The notes under the pieces: generated by a model
Databases searched by the model: none
Seen by the model: only the letters and a program-made list of their open reading frames with translations
What the model was told of the DNA's origin: nothing
Made by a program: the position numbers and the translations under genes
In this document: positions 52,984 through 63,611 of the stretch, in pieces
Position numbering within the stretch: position 1 is the first letter of the stretch
Layout of the letters: each line of letters begins with the position of its first letter
Assembly (NCBI GenBank): GCA_963828735.1
Contig: CAWHFW010000005.1
Span: forward strand, 736,001 to 800,000
Source: an uncultured Gemmatimonadales bacterium
GTDB taxonomy: Bacteria; Gemmatimonadota; Gemmatimonadetes; Gemmatimonadales; GWC2-71-9
Reading direction: 5' to 3'
Length of the DNA stretch: 64,000 nucleotides

Positions 52984-55900
52984 GTGAGGCGGGTCGCGCT
53001 GTTGCTGGCGGTGCTGGTGATCGGCGCGCCGGTGCTCGACACGGCGGCACCGGCTGCCGCCGACCGGATCCCTCCCACCCGTCCGCCGGGTTCCGGCTCT
53101 TCGCCCGGAGCCGCGGCGCGCTCAGCGTCAACCAGGTCTACTGCGGCTTGCTGGCGAATGGCACTCATCTGCGTCGACAGCACTGGCTCCGCAGACCGTC
53201 GGTGGCGGGTTCTGGCCCAAGGGGACCGTCGACCAGTACGTCTTCGCCGTCGGGCTTCCAGGTAGCAGGCATCGTCGGCGGAATCAGATCGGAGAACCCC
53301 TGGGCCGGCGATACGACGGGAGACCTCTTCATCTCTTTGCGGGGCCGGGTAAACGGCGAACAGGTCCAGCCCATCTACAATTCGACCGACCCTGGTGACG
53401 TGGCCAACTGGCCGGCCGCCGCCTACGTGCCGGACGAGCCCAACGAGGCCGACAATCTGTTTCACCCGTCCTCCGCGGCCGGGTGGCCGCCTCGGAGGGC
53501 GACGTCTGGTGGCTCACGTGGGACGGGAACCCGTTGCTCAACAGACCAGCGACTCCATCCCCTCGGGCTGGTCCTGGAGCAGCGCGGCATGGCGTGGAAC
53601 ACGCCGAGCGGCAACCAGGACATTATCTACTTCATCTACACCCTCTACAACATCACCTCCACCCGCGTGGCAGACTACGTGGGTGTACGCCCCGCGATGC
53701 GCGAGATTCTGCTGGACAAGGCTCGGGAATTCCAGGACAGGAACAATGCGGCGTTCGGCATCACGCTGCCCGTCAGACGGGGTATCCGATCACGAGCATG
53801 CACGTGGCATTCGCCGCCGACATGGATGTCGGCACAGTTCAATGAGAACTACGCCTCGGCCAACGTCCCGTTCGCGCTGGGGTACACCTACGAACACGAC
53901 TTCGCCGCAACCCGACAACTGGACGTTCGACCCCGCACATCTTCGGCCCTCCATTCTTCCCGGCGACAGGCTTTGCGGGAGTGAAGTACCTTCGCAGCCC
54001 GCGTGACTCGCTGGACCGAGCGGTCGGACTCACCGTGTTCGGCGCCTTCGCCGGTGGCGGGGGTGCATGATCCGACCAGCTCGGTCCAGCTCTTCCGCTA
54101 TCTCACCGGTACGCCCGATCCAGCCGTCGGCGATCCCCCGTGCAACGCCGGAGACCCGAAAGCCAGCCACATCTGCTTCATCAACAAGAGCCCGCCAGGC
54201 GACATGAGGTTCTTTCAGGCGACTGGTCCCCTGACGCTTCCGCCCGGCGGGTTTCAGTCGATCGTGGTGGCCTACATCTTCGCCGCCCCCGTCGCAACCG
54301 CGGGCTGCCAGCACCTTCTGCGACGTGACGCCCGGCGACCCGACCATTCTGGGCGACGCAGGCCGCATGGCCGCCGGGGTCAACGCGATCGACTCACTGA
54401 CCGGCTACCAGGGGTTCAACGACCTCAACGGGGACGGTCGGGTGGAGCAGAGTGAATTCGAGGTCGTTCCAGGCTCGCTGCTCGGGTAAGGCGCTGGTGG
54501 CCCAGACACTGTTCGACAACGGGTTCGTGCTCGCCTCGACCGCCCCCGATGCCCCCGACTTCTTTCTGATTCCAGGACCGAACCAGGTAGCGGTGATCTG
54601 GCGACCGTCAGCGACCGAGACCACGGGCGACCCCTCCTTCGGACTCGCCAGCCAGCCGACCGGGACCGGCGGCGAGCCCAATGTGATGTACGACCCGAAC
54701 TATCGCCGGTTCGACGTGGAAGGCTACCGCATTTATCGCGGCCGGGTCGACACGCCCAGTCAGCTTCAGCTCATCGCCCAGTTCGACTATGCCAACACCG
54801 TCATGGCCGACTGGCGCGGCCAGGTGAATCCAGTCGCGGACTGCGCCCCTGAACTCGGCATCAACACAGCGACGGGGGGAGACATCGGCTTCGGCTGCCG
54901 CGTACCGTTCGACTCGGTGATCCCCGGCGTCGCTCCGTCGGTGAGCGACACGATCCCGCTCGTGGGACCGGTGGTTCAGGTCAGGCTCGCCCCCGAGGGA
55001 CGCCAGCGGCTGGCTACCGGGACCGTCCTCTTCATCCAGCTCGACACCGCGATCAACGGCACCGCTGCCGGCTGCCTCGCTGGCCGCCGGTCCCAATGGG
55101 GCGCAGTGCACGTTGCGCGATACCGAAGTGCCGTTCGCGTTCGTGGACCGTGGCGTCCGAAACGATCTGCGGTATTTCTATGCGGTGACGGCGTTCGACA
55201 TCAACTCGATTCAGTCGGGACCGTCGAGCCTCGAGTCGGCGAGACGGACAAAGTCGGTCACGCCGGCCAGCTCGGCGTCGAACCTGCAGCGTCCGGTACT
55301 GTCCAGGTCACCCTCGCCGGTCGCGGTCTCACCCTCGACACGGCAGGAGCGTTCCCGACCCTCGATCCGGAAACTGGCCGCTTCGATGGACCGTTCCCAC
55401 CTGCCAACGGCGTTTGCACTTGGCCTGGCGGATCTGGTGCAGACGCTGCTGCCCGACTCGCGTTCCGGCTCCGTGTCGCTCACGCTGGATAGTCTCCAGC
55501 TCGGCTCGGCCTACGAGCATGGCGTAGGCGAGCAGGGTCTGCCGGTCCACTTTTATCTGACGTCCGCGGGAGATGCGGCGACCGTTCGGTTGCAGGTCCC
55601 GGTGGTGCAGGACCAGAGCTCGGACCTGCAGGGTCGGCTCCAGCTACGTCGATGCAGTCCCGTTGGAGAAAGCCGTCATCGACCGGTTCGGTGGCGGAGC
55701 GGGGTTCCAGTTGCGCGGCCGCCTCGACCTCGCGCTCCCCGGCAACAATTACGCGAGCTCATGGGGGACGCGGCTGTCGCAACGCCGCCGCAGGATTCGC
55801 GGCCGACGGCACCACTGGCTGCGAGTACAATGGACCACGCTGGTTCGACGGGCCCTCGCCCCAACGAGACGAGACCCAGGTCGATCCACAGTCCTCGCAC

Positions 55901-56949
55901 CCACCCAACTCGGCCTCCCCCGGTCCGATGGCCGATCTCAACAACGCCGGCACGCTCACCGGCGTGACCACGATCCAGATGCCCCATTCCTATGAGACGG
56001 CGGAGGCCGGATTACCGCAGTCGTCGAGGGCGTGCTCGGCGCGGCGCAGCGGGCCGCGGATTTCAACCTCTGGTGGGGCGCGGACGGCGGGATCGACTCG
56101 GTCGTCGACGTCACCCATGACGTGACGGTGCCGTTCGACAGCCTCCGTCTCGCAGGCTCGTGGGGCGTGCTGAACCAGGCCGCTACAGCGGCTGCCGGAT
56201 CGTTCGACGGCAGACCCGACGTGCTGACGACCATGGACTTCGCCTGCGTCGAGCCGCTCCGCTCTCTGTCGTGGCGGTGCAGGCAAGCTATCGGTGCACG
56301 GCGGCTCCGTTCGTCCTGAGCCGCACCGTCACGCCGGGGCCGATCGCGATTTGGGACCAGACAACCGCCACGGCTCAGGACGGCGGCGGTTCGGCCGGGC
56401 GCCGGCTTCGCGCTCTACCTGGCCGGCAACATCACGATCTTCGAGCTGGCTGCCGGTCTGCCGCCGGCGGGCACCGTCTGGAGCCTGCGAACCTACGTCG
56501 GCGCCATCAGCGGGGGCCGAGGCGCAGCCGGTGACCGGGGACCCTACACTTTCACTGCGCAACCCCGGCCACTCACGGCGACCGGGGTTCAGCTCCACCT
56601 GGAGTACGAGGTAGTCAACCGCATCGTCCCGGCGACCGGTAACGACCTCAGCCGCGTGCACACGGTGCCGGACCCGTACTACGTGACCAGTAAGTTCGAG
56701 CGCACCACCGACGTCAAGGTCATCGAGTTCGTCAACCTGCCGGCCGACTGCATCATTCGGATCTATTCTACCAGCGGGATCCTGGTCTCGCTGCTCGAGC
56801 ACCATTCGAGCACCTATGGCGGCTCCGAGCGATGGAACGTGCTCAATCGCAACAACCAGGTGGTGGCGAGCGGAGTCTACTTCTATCACCTCGAGGCGGG
56901 CGACGCCCGGCGGGTGGGCCGCTTCGTGGTCGTCAACTACGCCCAGTAG
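52984..56949 (+). CDS. Large secreted protein (about 1300 aa) with T9SS-CTD/FlgD-Ig-like C-terminus; many frameshifts
   Basis: Signal peptide MRRVALLLAVLV; FDVEGYRIYR; YFYAVTAFD; C-terminus VPDPYY...FVNLP...IRIYSTSGILV...WNVLNRNNQVVASGVYFY...GRFVVV. Confidence 0.75.
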
Positions 56950-57145
56950 CCTAAACGGTCACGCGACTGGCCTTGGCTCATCGAGCTCCGCCACACGCCT
57001 TTTAGAGAAGGGCGTGCCGGCGCGTCTTGACAGTCCTCCCGCGTCTCCGCCCGGCCCGTCAAGGCCAGTGCCAAGCCCATGTCTTGTCAGCGATTGATCC
57101 CGGTCCGCCGGCTCCCGCCGATCGATCCCATGTACCTTTGAGCCG

Positions 57146-58426
57146 ATGAACGACCTCCCTCCGATCCCTCAAGTCCTCGACGCGGAGACCAAACGGCTGC
57201 AGCTCGCCCGCATGAAACGGCGGGCAACCGGGCTGCTGGTGCTCATGGGCGTGGTCTTCATGATCGCCTGGGGACTCGAGGGTACGTACGCCTGGCTCGG
57301 CTACGTGCGCGCGACCGCGGAAGCGGGGCTCGTGGGTGGTGTGGCGGACTGGTTCGCCATTACCGCGCTGTTCCGGCACCCGCTCAACCTGCCGATCCCG
57401 CACACCGCCATCATCCCCCAGCGGAAGGATCGCATCGGCCGAAGTCTCGGCAATTTCGTGCAGAACAACTTCCTCTCGCCGGAGGTCCTGGGCGCCAAGC
57501 TGCGCGCGGCGGGCCTCAGCCGTCGGGCCGCGGAGTGGTTGCGTGAGCCCGAGCACGCGCGGACGCTGGTGCGGCAGTCCGCGGGCGCGCTCCGAAGCGC
57601 GACCGCGGTCGTCCGCGACGACGACGTCCACGCCTTGCTCGAGCGCAGCGTGATCGAGCCGCTCAAGCGCCGGCCGATCGCCCCCGTGCTCGCCGACGGG
57701 CTGGCGCTCCTCACGGTGAACGACCGCCACCAGCAGCTGCTCGACCGGCTGGTGCACAGCCTCGGCGACCTGGTCGAGCAGAACCAGACGCTCATCCGCG
57801 AGCGGATCCGCGAGGAGAGCCCCTGGTGGGTCCCGGCATTCGTGGACGACCAGGTCCACGAGCGCGTGGTGGACGGCATCGGCCGGACGCTGTCCCAGGT
57901 GAGCGCGGATCCCAACCATCCGCTGCGGCGGCAGCTCGACGACCTGCTGGTGAGCTGGATCGAGCAGCTTCGCGCGTCGCCCGAAGCGATCGCGCGCGCG
58001 GAGCAGATCAAGCAGCAGGTGCTCGACCACCCCACCAGCGAGCAGCTCACCGAATCGCTCTGGCGCGAGGTGAAGAAGGTGTTGGACCGGCAGGTGGAGG
58101 CCGCCGAGCACGGCGCGCCGGGCGGGCTCGAGCGCGGGCTCACCGCCCTCGCGCAGGCCACACTCGAGGACGAGACGCTGCTGGCCAAGCTGGACGACTG
58201 GATGATCGGCGCCGTGCTCCGGATCGTCGAGCAGCACCGGCACGAGGTGGGCCAGCTCATCGCGCACACCGTGAGCGTGTGGGACCCGGAAGAAACCTCG
58301 CGGCGCATCGAGCTCCAGGTCGGACGGGACCTTCAGTTCATCCGGATCAACGGCACGCTCGTGGGCGGTCTGGTCGGGCTCGTGCTCTATTCGCTCATGC
58401 GGTTTCTGGGACACCCACAGCCGTAG
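57146..58426 (+). CDS. DUF445 (YjiN-like) membrane protein
   Basis: EAGLVGGVADWFAITALFRHP, IPHTAIIP, GRDLQFIRINGTLVGGL. Confidence 0.93.
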   Translation: MNDLPPIPQVLDAETKRLQLARMKRRATGLLVLMGVVFMIAWGLEGTYAWLGYVRATAEAGLVGGVADWFAITALFRHPLNLPIPHTAIIPQRKDRIGRSLGNFVQNNFLSPEVLGAKLRAAGLSRRAAEWLREPEHARTLVRQSAGALRSATAVVRDDDVHALLERSVIEPLKRRPIAPVLADGLALLTVNDRHQQLLDRLVHSLGDLVEQNQTLIRERIREESPWWVPAFVDDQVHERVVDGIGRTLSQVSADPNHPLRRQLDDLLVSWIEQLRASPEAIARAEQIKQQVLDHPTSEQLTESLWREVKKVLDRQVEAAEHGAPGGLERGLTALAQATLEDETLLAKLDDWMIGAVLRIVEQHRHEVGQLIAHTVSVWDPEETSRRIELQVGRDLQFIRINGTLVGGLVGLVLYSLMRFLGHPQP

Positions 58427-58538
58427 GACTTCGGGGGGCGACAGCGGCGTGGCGTCAAGTCGGGCTCACGCCTCGACGCCGTGTCGATCCGACTGCAGCT
58501 TGAAACGTTCGACCGACCCGTGAGCGCCAGGAGCCGCG

Positions 58539-60014
58539 ATGAGCAGCATGCCGCCAGAGACCACGTCCGCCCTTCCCGCGGAGCCGGTTCCCGCCGAGGT
58601 CCTCGGCCTTCGCGCCGCGGAGCTGGCCGCGCGCGTGCGGCAGGCGTTGTACCGGACGCCGCCGTCCGACCTCGCCGAGGCGTACCGGCGGATGCGCGAG
58701 GGGGCCACCGCGCGTCACCTCGACTACTTCATGGACGGCGCCGTCCAGACCATCCGCGTGTTTCCCTGCCCGATCACGCTGTTGCCCGAGGAAGTCGACT
58801 ACGTCCACCGGGTCGTGCGCACCCTCCACGACGCGATGGTCCGCCTGCCCGATCTCTACCTCGCGGATGCGGACGTGCGCTCCATCCTCCGCCTCGAGCC
58901 CGAGGAGGACGCCTGGCTCCGCGACTGTTGGCGCCCGGCGATGCAATGCCGGAATCCCGTGTTCGGCCGGTTGGACGCGCTGGTGGACTACAGCAGCCCG
59001 GTCTGGAAGGACACGTTCAAGTTCGTCGAGCCGAACCTGACAGGGATCGGCGGCCTGCACCTGATTCCCTCGGTCGAGGAGATCCTGAGCGAGATCGTGG
59101 TCCCGCTGATCGTGGCACAGGACGCGGGCCTCAGGCTGGAGCGACTCGCGGACGCACGCGAGCTGCTGCACGGCGAGCTCGTGGCCCAGCTCGAGGCGGT
59201 CGGGCGCCCGGGGGGATGCGTGTGTTTCGTGGAGCCCAAGTACGAGCTCGAGGGAATCGACGAGCAGCGACGGCTGGTCGAGTACCTGCGGGAGCGGCAC
59301 GGCATGGAAACGGTGCACGCCGACCCGAGCGAGCTCCGGATGAAGGGCGCGGAGGTCTACTACGAGGATGCGCGGGTGGACCTGGTCTACCGGGACTACA
59401 GCGTGCTCGACCTGGTCGAGCTCGAGCGCGAGGGCGTGGATGTCACCCCCATGCGGACCTTGTTTCGCGAGAACCGCGTGATCAGCTCGATCGGCGGCGA
59501 GCTCGACCACAAGGCGAGCTGGGAGATTCTCACCGATCCGGAGCTCGCCGGGCGCCACTTCGATGAGGCCTCGCGCCGCTGCTTTCAGCGCCACATCCTG
59601 TGGACGCGGGTGCTGTCCGAGCGCCGGACCACCCTGCCCGGCGGAGATACGGGCGACCTGATCGGGTATGCCCGCGACTCCCGTGAGACGCTGGTGCTCA
59701 AGCCCTCGCGCGGGTACGGAGGCGACGGCGTGCTGGTGGGGCAGACGCAGTCCGCCACGGAGTGGGAGCAGGCGCTCGACTCCGCGCTCGCCGACGAGGA
59801 GCTGTGGGTTGTCCAGGCGCTGGCCCACATTCCGGTGCTCGAGGTGCCGACGCTATCGGAGGACGGCTCCCTGCGCCCGGAGATGTACTACCACGTGATG
59901 GGATATGCGTCGGATGCCGACGGGCTCGCGATTCTCGCGAGGGCCTCGCAGCGCCAGGTCGTCAACGTGGCGCAGCGGGGTGGGATGGCGGCGGTGATGG
60001 CGGTGAAGGCCTGA
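58539..60014 (+). CDS. Circularly permuted ATP-grasp (glutathione-synthetase-like) ligase
   Basis: FGRLD, FKFVEPN, DLVYRD, HKASW, LVLKPSRGYGGDGVLVG, WVVQ, VVNVAQRGG. Confidence 0.8.
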   Translation: MSSMPPETTSALPAEPVPAEVLGLRAAELAARVRQALYRTPPSDLAEAYRRMREGATARHLDYFMDGAVQTIRVFPCPITLLPEEVDYVHRVVRTLHDAMVRLPDLYLADADVRSILRLEPEEDAWLRDCWRPAMQCRNPVFGRLDALVDYSSPVWKDTFKFVEPNLTGIGGLHLIPSVEEILSEIVVPLIVAQDAGLRLERLADARELLHGELVAQLEAVGRPGGCVCFVEPKYELEGIDEQRRLVEYLRERHGMETVHADPSELRMKGAEVYYEDARVDLVYRDYSVLDLVELEREGVDVTPMRTLFRENRVISSIGGELDHKASWEILTDPELAGRHFDEASRRCFQRHILWTRVLSERRTTLPGGDTGDLIGYARDSRETLVLKPSRGYGGDGVLVGQTQSATEWEQALDSALADEELWVVQALAHIPVLEVPTLSEDGSLRPEMYYHVMGYASDADGLAILARASQRQVVNVAQRGGMAAVMAVKA

Positions 60015-60017
60015 GGT

Positions 60018-61232
60018 TCACTTGCCCTGGACCACTGCCTCCGGCAGGTTCGCCCACCGCGCCCATCCATCCGGGGCCAGTACGTATCGCACCGCCGGAC
60101 GATCGGTGACCGTCACGGGCTCGAACACCGCGCGGTAGCCCGGCCGCGCCGTTCGCCGGAGCGCGGGCCCGGCCGTCCGGACGAAGCGATCGGCCGAGCG
60201 TTGATCGTCCCACACGACGTACCAGACGAGCGCCGGGCCAGCTGCAGTGTCGTACACGCGGAATCGGTCGCCGCCCCAGCCGATCGGCACGACGGTCTGC
60301 ACCTCGTCCGAGCCGGCGAGCGACGCGAGCAGGACGCGGATCTCGCTCTCGCCCAGCACGTCCTCGTGCAGCACGTTGCTGTCCGGGGGGAACGCGAGCA
60401 CGGCCGGCTGGTCGCCGCGGGCGTAGCGCTCCGGATGGAGGATCTGCTCGGTCGACACCGGCATCCGTGGTCCGAAGGGCAGTGTGTCCCGCGCGCCGGA
60501 CGTCTTCCACCAGTACATGAACTCCGCCCCGTCGAGATAGGGGAAGATCAACGCCTCCCGAACCACCAGCGGCGCGCGGGCAAAGACAGGCATGAGCGAC
60601 TGCTTTTCGCGCACCTGCTCACGGTACATCTCCCAGAACTGCGGCATCTCGGTCACGTTCTGACCCGGCGCCAGCACCTCGATCGACGCCAGCGTGGCCT
60701 GGCCCTCGAGGATGGACTGCGCCGCCGTGAGCCGATCGTTGTTGTCCGTCGCGTTCAGGATGGAGTCGAGCGGGAGGTGCTGGCCCTGGAGCGCGTGCAC
60801 CATCTCGTGCGCCAGCACGAGCCGGAGCTGCTCGCGCTCGGCGCCGGCTACCCCGAAGAGCATCGCCGAGTCCGGGTCGTAGTAGCCGGCGACCTGCTCG
60901 GCATAGAGATCGAGCAGCAGCCCGCGGAGCTGGAGCGTATCCGGCAAGAGGCCGAACAGGCGATAGGCGGTCTCCAGCCCGCGCATGCGAGCGGGCGGCA
61001 GCTCCTCGTCCAGCTTCGCGAGCAGATAGCCCCGTACCTGCTCGCGCGTACGAAGCGCCGAGCGCGGCGGCGTCCGGAACGTGAGCCGCGAGGCTCGCTC
61101 GACCGGTCCGCGCAGGCTGTCCACGAGCTGGCGCAGCACCACTTCCTCCGGGCCGCCGCGGCTCTGCCCTCGACACGCGGCCGCCACCGCCAGCGCGGCG
61201 AGAGTGGCAAGGACGAATCGAAGGCGGGTCAT
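60018..61232 (-). CDS. Zinc metallopeptidase-like lipoprotein
   Basis: Lipobox AAA|C; QVAGYYDP; LAHEMVHALQ (HExxH); EGQAT; FPYLDG; STEQILHP. Confidence 0.8.
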   Translation of the reverse strand: MTRLRFVLATLAALAVAAACRGQSRGGPEEVVLRQLVDSLRGPVERASRLTFRTPPRSALRTREQVRGYLLAKLDEELPPARMRGLETAYRLFGLLPDTLQLRGLLLDLYAEQVAGYYDPDSAMLFGVAGAEREQLRLVLAHEMVHALQGQHLPLDSILNATDNNDRLTAAQSILEGQATLASIEVLAPGQNVTEMPQFWEMYREQVREKQSLMPVFARAPLVVREALIFPYLDGAEFMYWWKTSGARDTLPFGPRMPVSTEQILHPERYARGDQPAVLAFPPDSNVLHEDVLGESEIRVLLASLAGSDEVQTVVPIGWGGDRFRVYDTAAGPALVWYVVWDDQRSADRFVRTAGPALRRTARPGYRAVFEPVTVTDRPAVRYVLAPDGWARWANLPEAVVQGK

Positions 61233-61240
61233 CGGGCGTC

Positions 61241-62011
61241 TCACCCGGCACCCAGGTAGCCGCTGTACCAGGCCAGAATCGACGGACCGACCAGGTACGT
61301 GGCCGCCGCGCCGATGGCGAGGAAGATGCCGAACGGCACGAGCTTCTTGTGTCCGGCCAGGCTGAGCGGAACGAAGATCAGGCTCCCGATCAGAGCGCCG
61401 AGGAAGATCGTGAGCAGGGTTCCCTGCCAGCCGAGGAACGCGCCGACCATCGCCATCATCTTGATGTCGCCACCGCCCATCGCCTCCTGCTTGAACATCC
61501 ACTCGCCGGCAATCGCAACCAGCCAGAGCAGGCCGAATCCCACCGCCGCGCCGAGCAGCGCGGTGCCGAGCGGCTGACGGCCCGCGGCCAGGGCGAGCAG
61601 GATACCCAGCACGAGCCCGCCGATCGAGAACTCGTCCGGGATGATGTAGGCGCGGGCATCCGTCATGGCGATGCCGAGCAGGATGGTCGCGAACGCCGCC
61701 CCCTTGAGCCCCTCGAGCCCGATGCCGTGACGCCAGGCCATGAATGCCCAGATCAGCCCTGTCACGAGCTCGATGAGCGGATACTGAATCGAGATCGGCT
61801 CGCGGCACCCACGACAGCGCCCCCGCAGCAGGAGCCACGAGAGGATCGGCACGTTGTCGTACCAGCGGAGACCCGCGCCGCACTTGGGGCAGTGGGATGG
61901 CGGGCGAACGACCGACTCCTTCGGCTCCGCGCCCCACCGCAGGATGCAGACGTTGAGGAAGCTCCCGATCACTGCCCCGAATACCCCAGCGATGACGATG
62001 AACAACGGCAT
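61241..62011 (-). CDS. pilD: Prepilin peptidase (A24)
   Basis: GSFLNV, CPKC/CRGC zinc site, GGGDIK, VPFGIFL. Confidence 0.95.
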   Translation of the reverse strand: MPLFIVIAGVFGAVIGSFLNVCILRWGAEPKESVVRPPSHCPKCGAGLRWYDNVPILSWLLLRGRCRGCREPISIQYPLIELVTGLIWAFMAWRHGIGLEGLKGAAFATILLGIAMTDARAYIIPDEFSIGGLVLGILLALAAGRQPLGTALLGAAVGFGLLWLVAIAGEWMFKQEAMGGGDIKMMAMVGAFLGWQGTLLTIFLGALIGSLIFVPLSLAGHKKLVPFGIFLAIGAAATYLVGPSILAWYSGYLGAG

Positions 62012-62012
62012 G

Positions 62013-62801
62013 TCAGACGTCACGCGTGACCTCGTACAGAAGGATGCCGGCGGCGACCGCCACGTTGAGAGACTCGACACCGGGCGCGAGTGGAATAGCG
62101 ACGCGGCGAGGCGCCGCCGCGGCGAGCACAGGACCCACGCCCGCGCCTTCGTTGCCGAGCACGAGGCCGAGCGGCGCACGGCGCGCCCTGGCCTGCCGGG
62201 CGAGCGGCTCCCCATCCGCCGCGGCGACGAGCAGCTCGACGCCGCGCACCCCGGCCCAGCCGACGAAGGCGCCGGCATCGGACGAGGTGGCCGGGAGCCG
62301 GAACGCCGCCCCCATGCTCCCGCGCAGCACCTTGGGATTGGTGAGCTCGGCCGTGCCTTTGAGCGCGACCATGCCCGCCGCTCCGAGCGCCAGCGCGGTG
62401 CGAAGGATGGTGCCGACGTTCCCCGGGTCCTGCACGCCGTCGAGCACGATCACCACGCTGCCGGCCGGCGTCGGAATGTCGTCGAGGGCCCACACGCGCG
62501 GCTCGACCACGGCCACGACGCCCTGCGGCTGCTCGGTGTCGGCCAGCTCGTCGAGCTCGGGTGACGTCACCGCGACCACCGGAATGCCGCGAGCCTCGAG
62601 CGCGATCTTGAGGGCCGAGCCACGCGGAGTACCTTCCAACGCCGGCGAGACGGCCGCTCCGCGCACCGGCACGTTCGCCGCCAGCGCCTCCTCGACGAGC
62701 CGAACGCCTTCGGCCAACGCCAGTCCGCGGCGCTCGCGGCCCCGCCGGCGAGCGAGGTCGCGGATCGTCGTCAGGAGCGTACCACCCTTGGAGGTGCTCA
62801 C
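62013..62801 (-). CDS. TrmH/SpoU-family RNA 2'-O-methyltransferase
   Basis: DGVQDPGNVGTILR, LGNEGAG, ESLNVAVA; start uncertain (GTG 62801). Confidence 0.92.
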   Translation of the reverse strand: MSTSKGGTLLTTIRDLARRRGRERRGLALAEGVRLVEEALAANVPVRGAAVSPALEGTPRGSALKIALEARGIPVVAVTSPELDELADTEQPQGVVAVVEPRVWALDDIPTPAGSVVIVLDGVQDPGNVGTILRTALALGAAGMVALKGTAELTNPKVLRGSMGAAFRLPATSSDAGAFVGWAGVRGVELLVAAADGEPLARQARARRAPLGLVLGNEGAGVGPVLAAAAPRRVAIPLAPGVESLNVAVAAGILLYEVTRDV

Positions 62802-62804
62802 GGG

Positions 62805-63611
62805 ATGAAGATCGCCCTCACCATCGCCGGCTCCGACTCGGGAGGCGGCGCGGGCATCCAGGCCGACCTCAAGACGTTCCAGCAGTTCGGCGTGTTCGGC
62901 ACGTCGGTCGTCGTGGCGCTCACCGCGCAGAACACGCGCGGGGTTCGCGCCGTCGAAACGGTGCCCGAGGCGATGATCTCGGCGCAGCTCACCGCGCTCG
63001 CCGAGGACCTGCCCCCCGCCGCGCTCAAGACCGGCATGCTCGCCGAGGCGTCCATCGTCCGGCTCGTGGCCAAGGCGATCCGCGAGAACGGCTGGCGCCC
63101 GCTGGTCGTCGACCCCGTCATGGTCTCCACCTCGGGCCACCGGCTGCTCACGACCGAGGCGGAGGACGTGATCCGCGACAGCCTGCTTCCGCTGGCGGCG
63201 CTGGTGACGCCGAATCTCGACGAGGCCGCCGTGCTCACGGGCCGCGTGGTGCACGACCTCTCGACCATGGAGCGCGCGGGCGAGACCCTGCTCCGGTTCG
63301 GGGCCGCGGCGGCGCTGGTCAAGGGCGGGCACCTGAACGCCGGCGGGGAGACCCTCACGGACGTGCTCGTCACCCCCGACGGCGTCCGACACTTCCCCCA
63401 TCCTCGCCTCGACACCACCTCGACCCACGGCACGGGCTGCACGCTCTCCGCGGCGGTCGCGGCCGGGCTGGCGCTCGACCGCCCGCTCGAGACGGCGGTG
63501 GCCGACGCGCTCGACTTCGTCCACCGCGCCATGGCGCGCGCCCCGGGGCTGGGCGCCGGGCACGGCCCCCTCGACCACACCGTCACAGCGCCGCCACCAC
63601 CCCCTCGATGA
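62805..63611 (+). CDS. thiD: Hydroxymethylpyrimidine/phosphomethylpyrimidine kinase
   Basis: IAGSDSGGGAGIQADLK, DPVM, TPNLDEA, HGTGCTLS. Confidence 0.96.
   Translation: MKIALTIAGSDSGGGAGIQADLKTFQQFGVFGTSVVVALTAQNTRGVRAVETVPEAMISAQLTALAEDLPPAALKTGMLAEASIVRLVAKAIRENGWRPLVVDPVMVSTSGHRLLTTEAEDVIRDSLLPLAALVTPNLDEAAVLTGRVVHDLSTMERAGETLLRFGAAAALVKGGHLNAGGETLTDVLVTPDGVRHFPHPRLDTTSTHGTGCTLSAAVAAGLALDRPLETAVADALDFVHRAMARAPGLGAGHGPLDHTVTAPPPPPR

Noticed and set aside
992..56949. Programmed ribosomal frameshifting in the split genes
   Set aside because: Too many shifts per gene and no consistent slippery sites; error or decay is more parsimonious
57057..57075. Sigma54-like TGGCAC-N5-TTGA on the minus strand
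   Set aside because: Mismatch at the invariant -12 GC, and it points into the 3' end of a convergent gene
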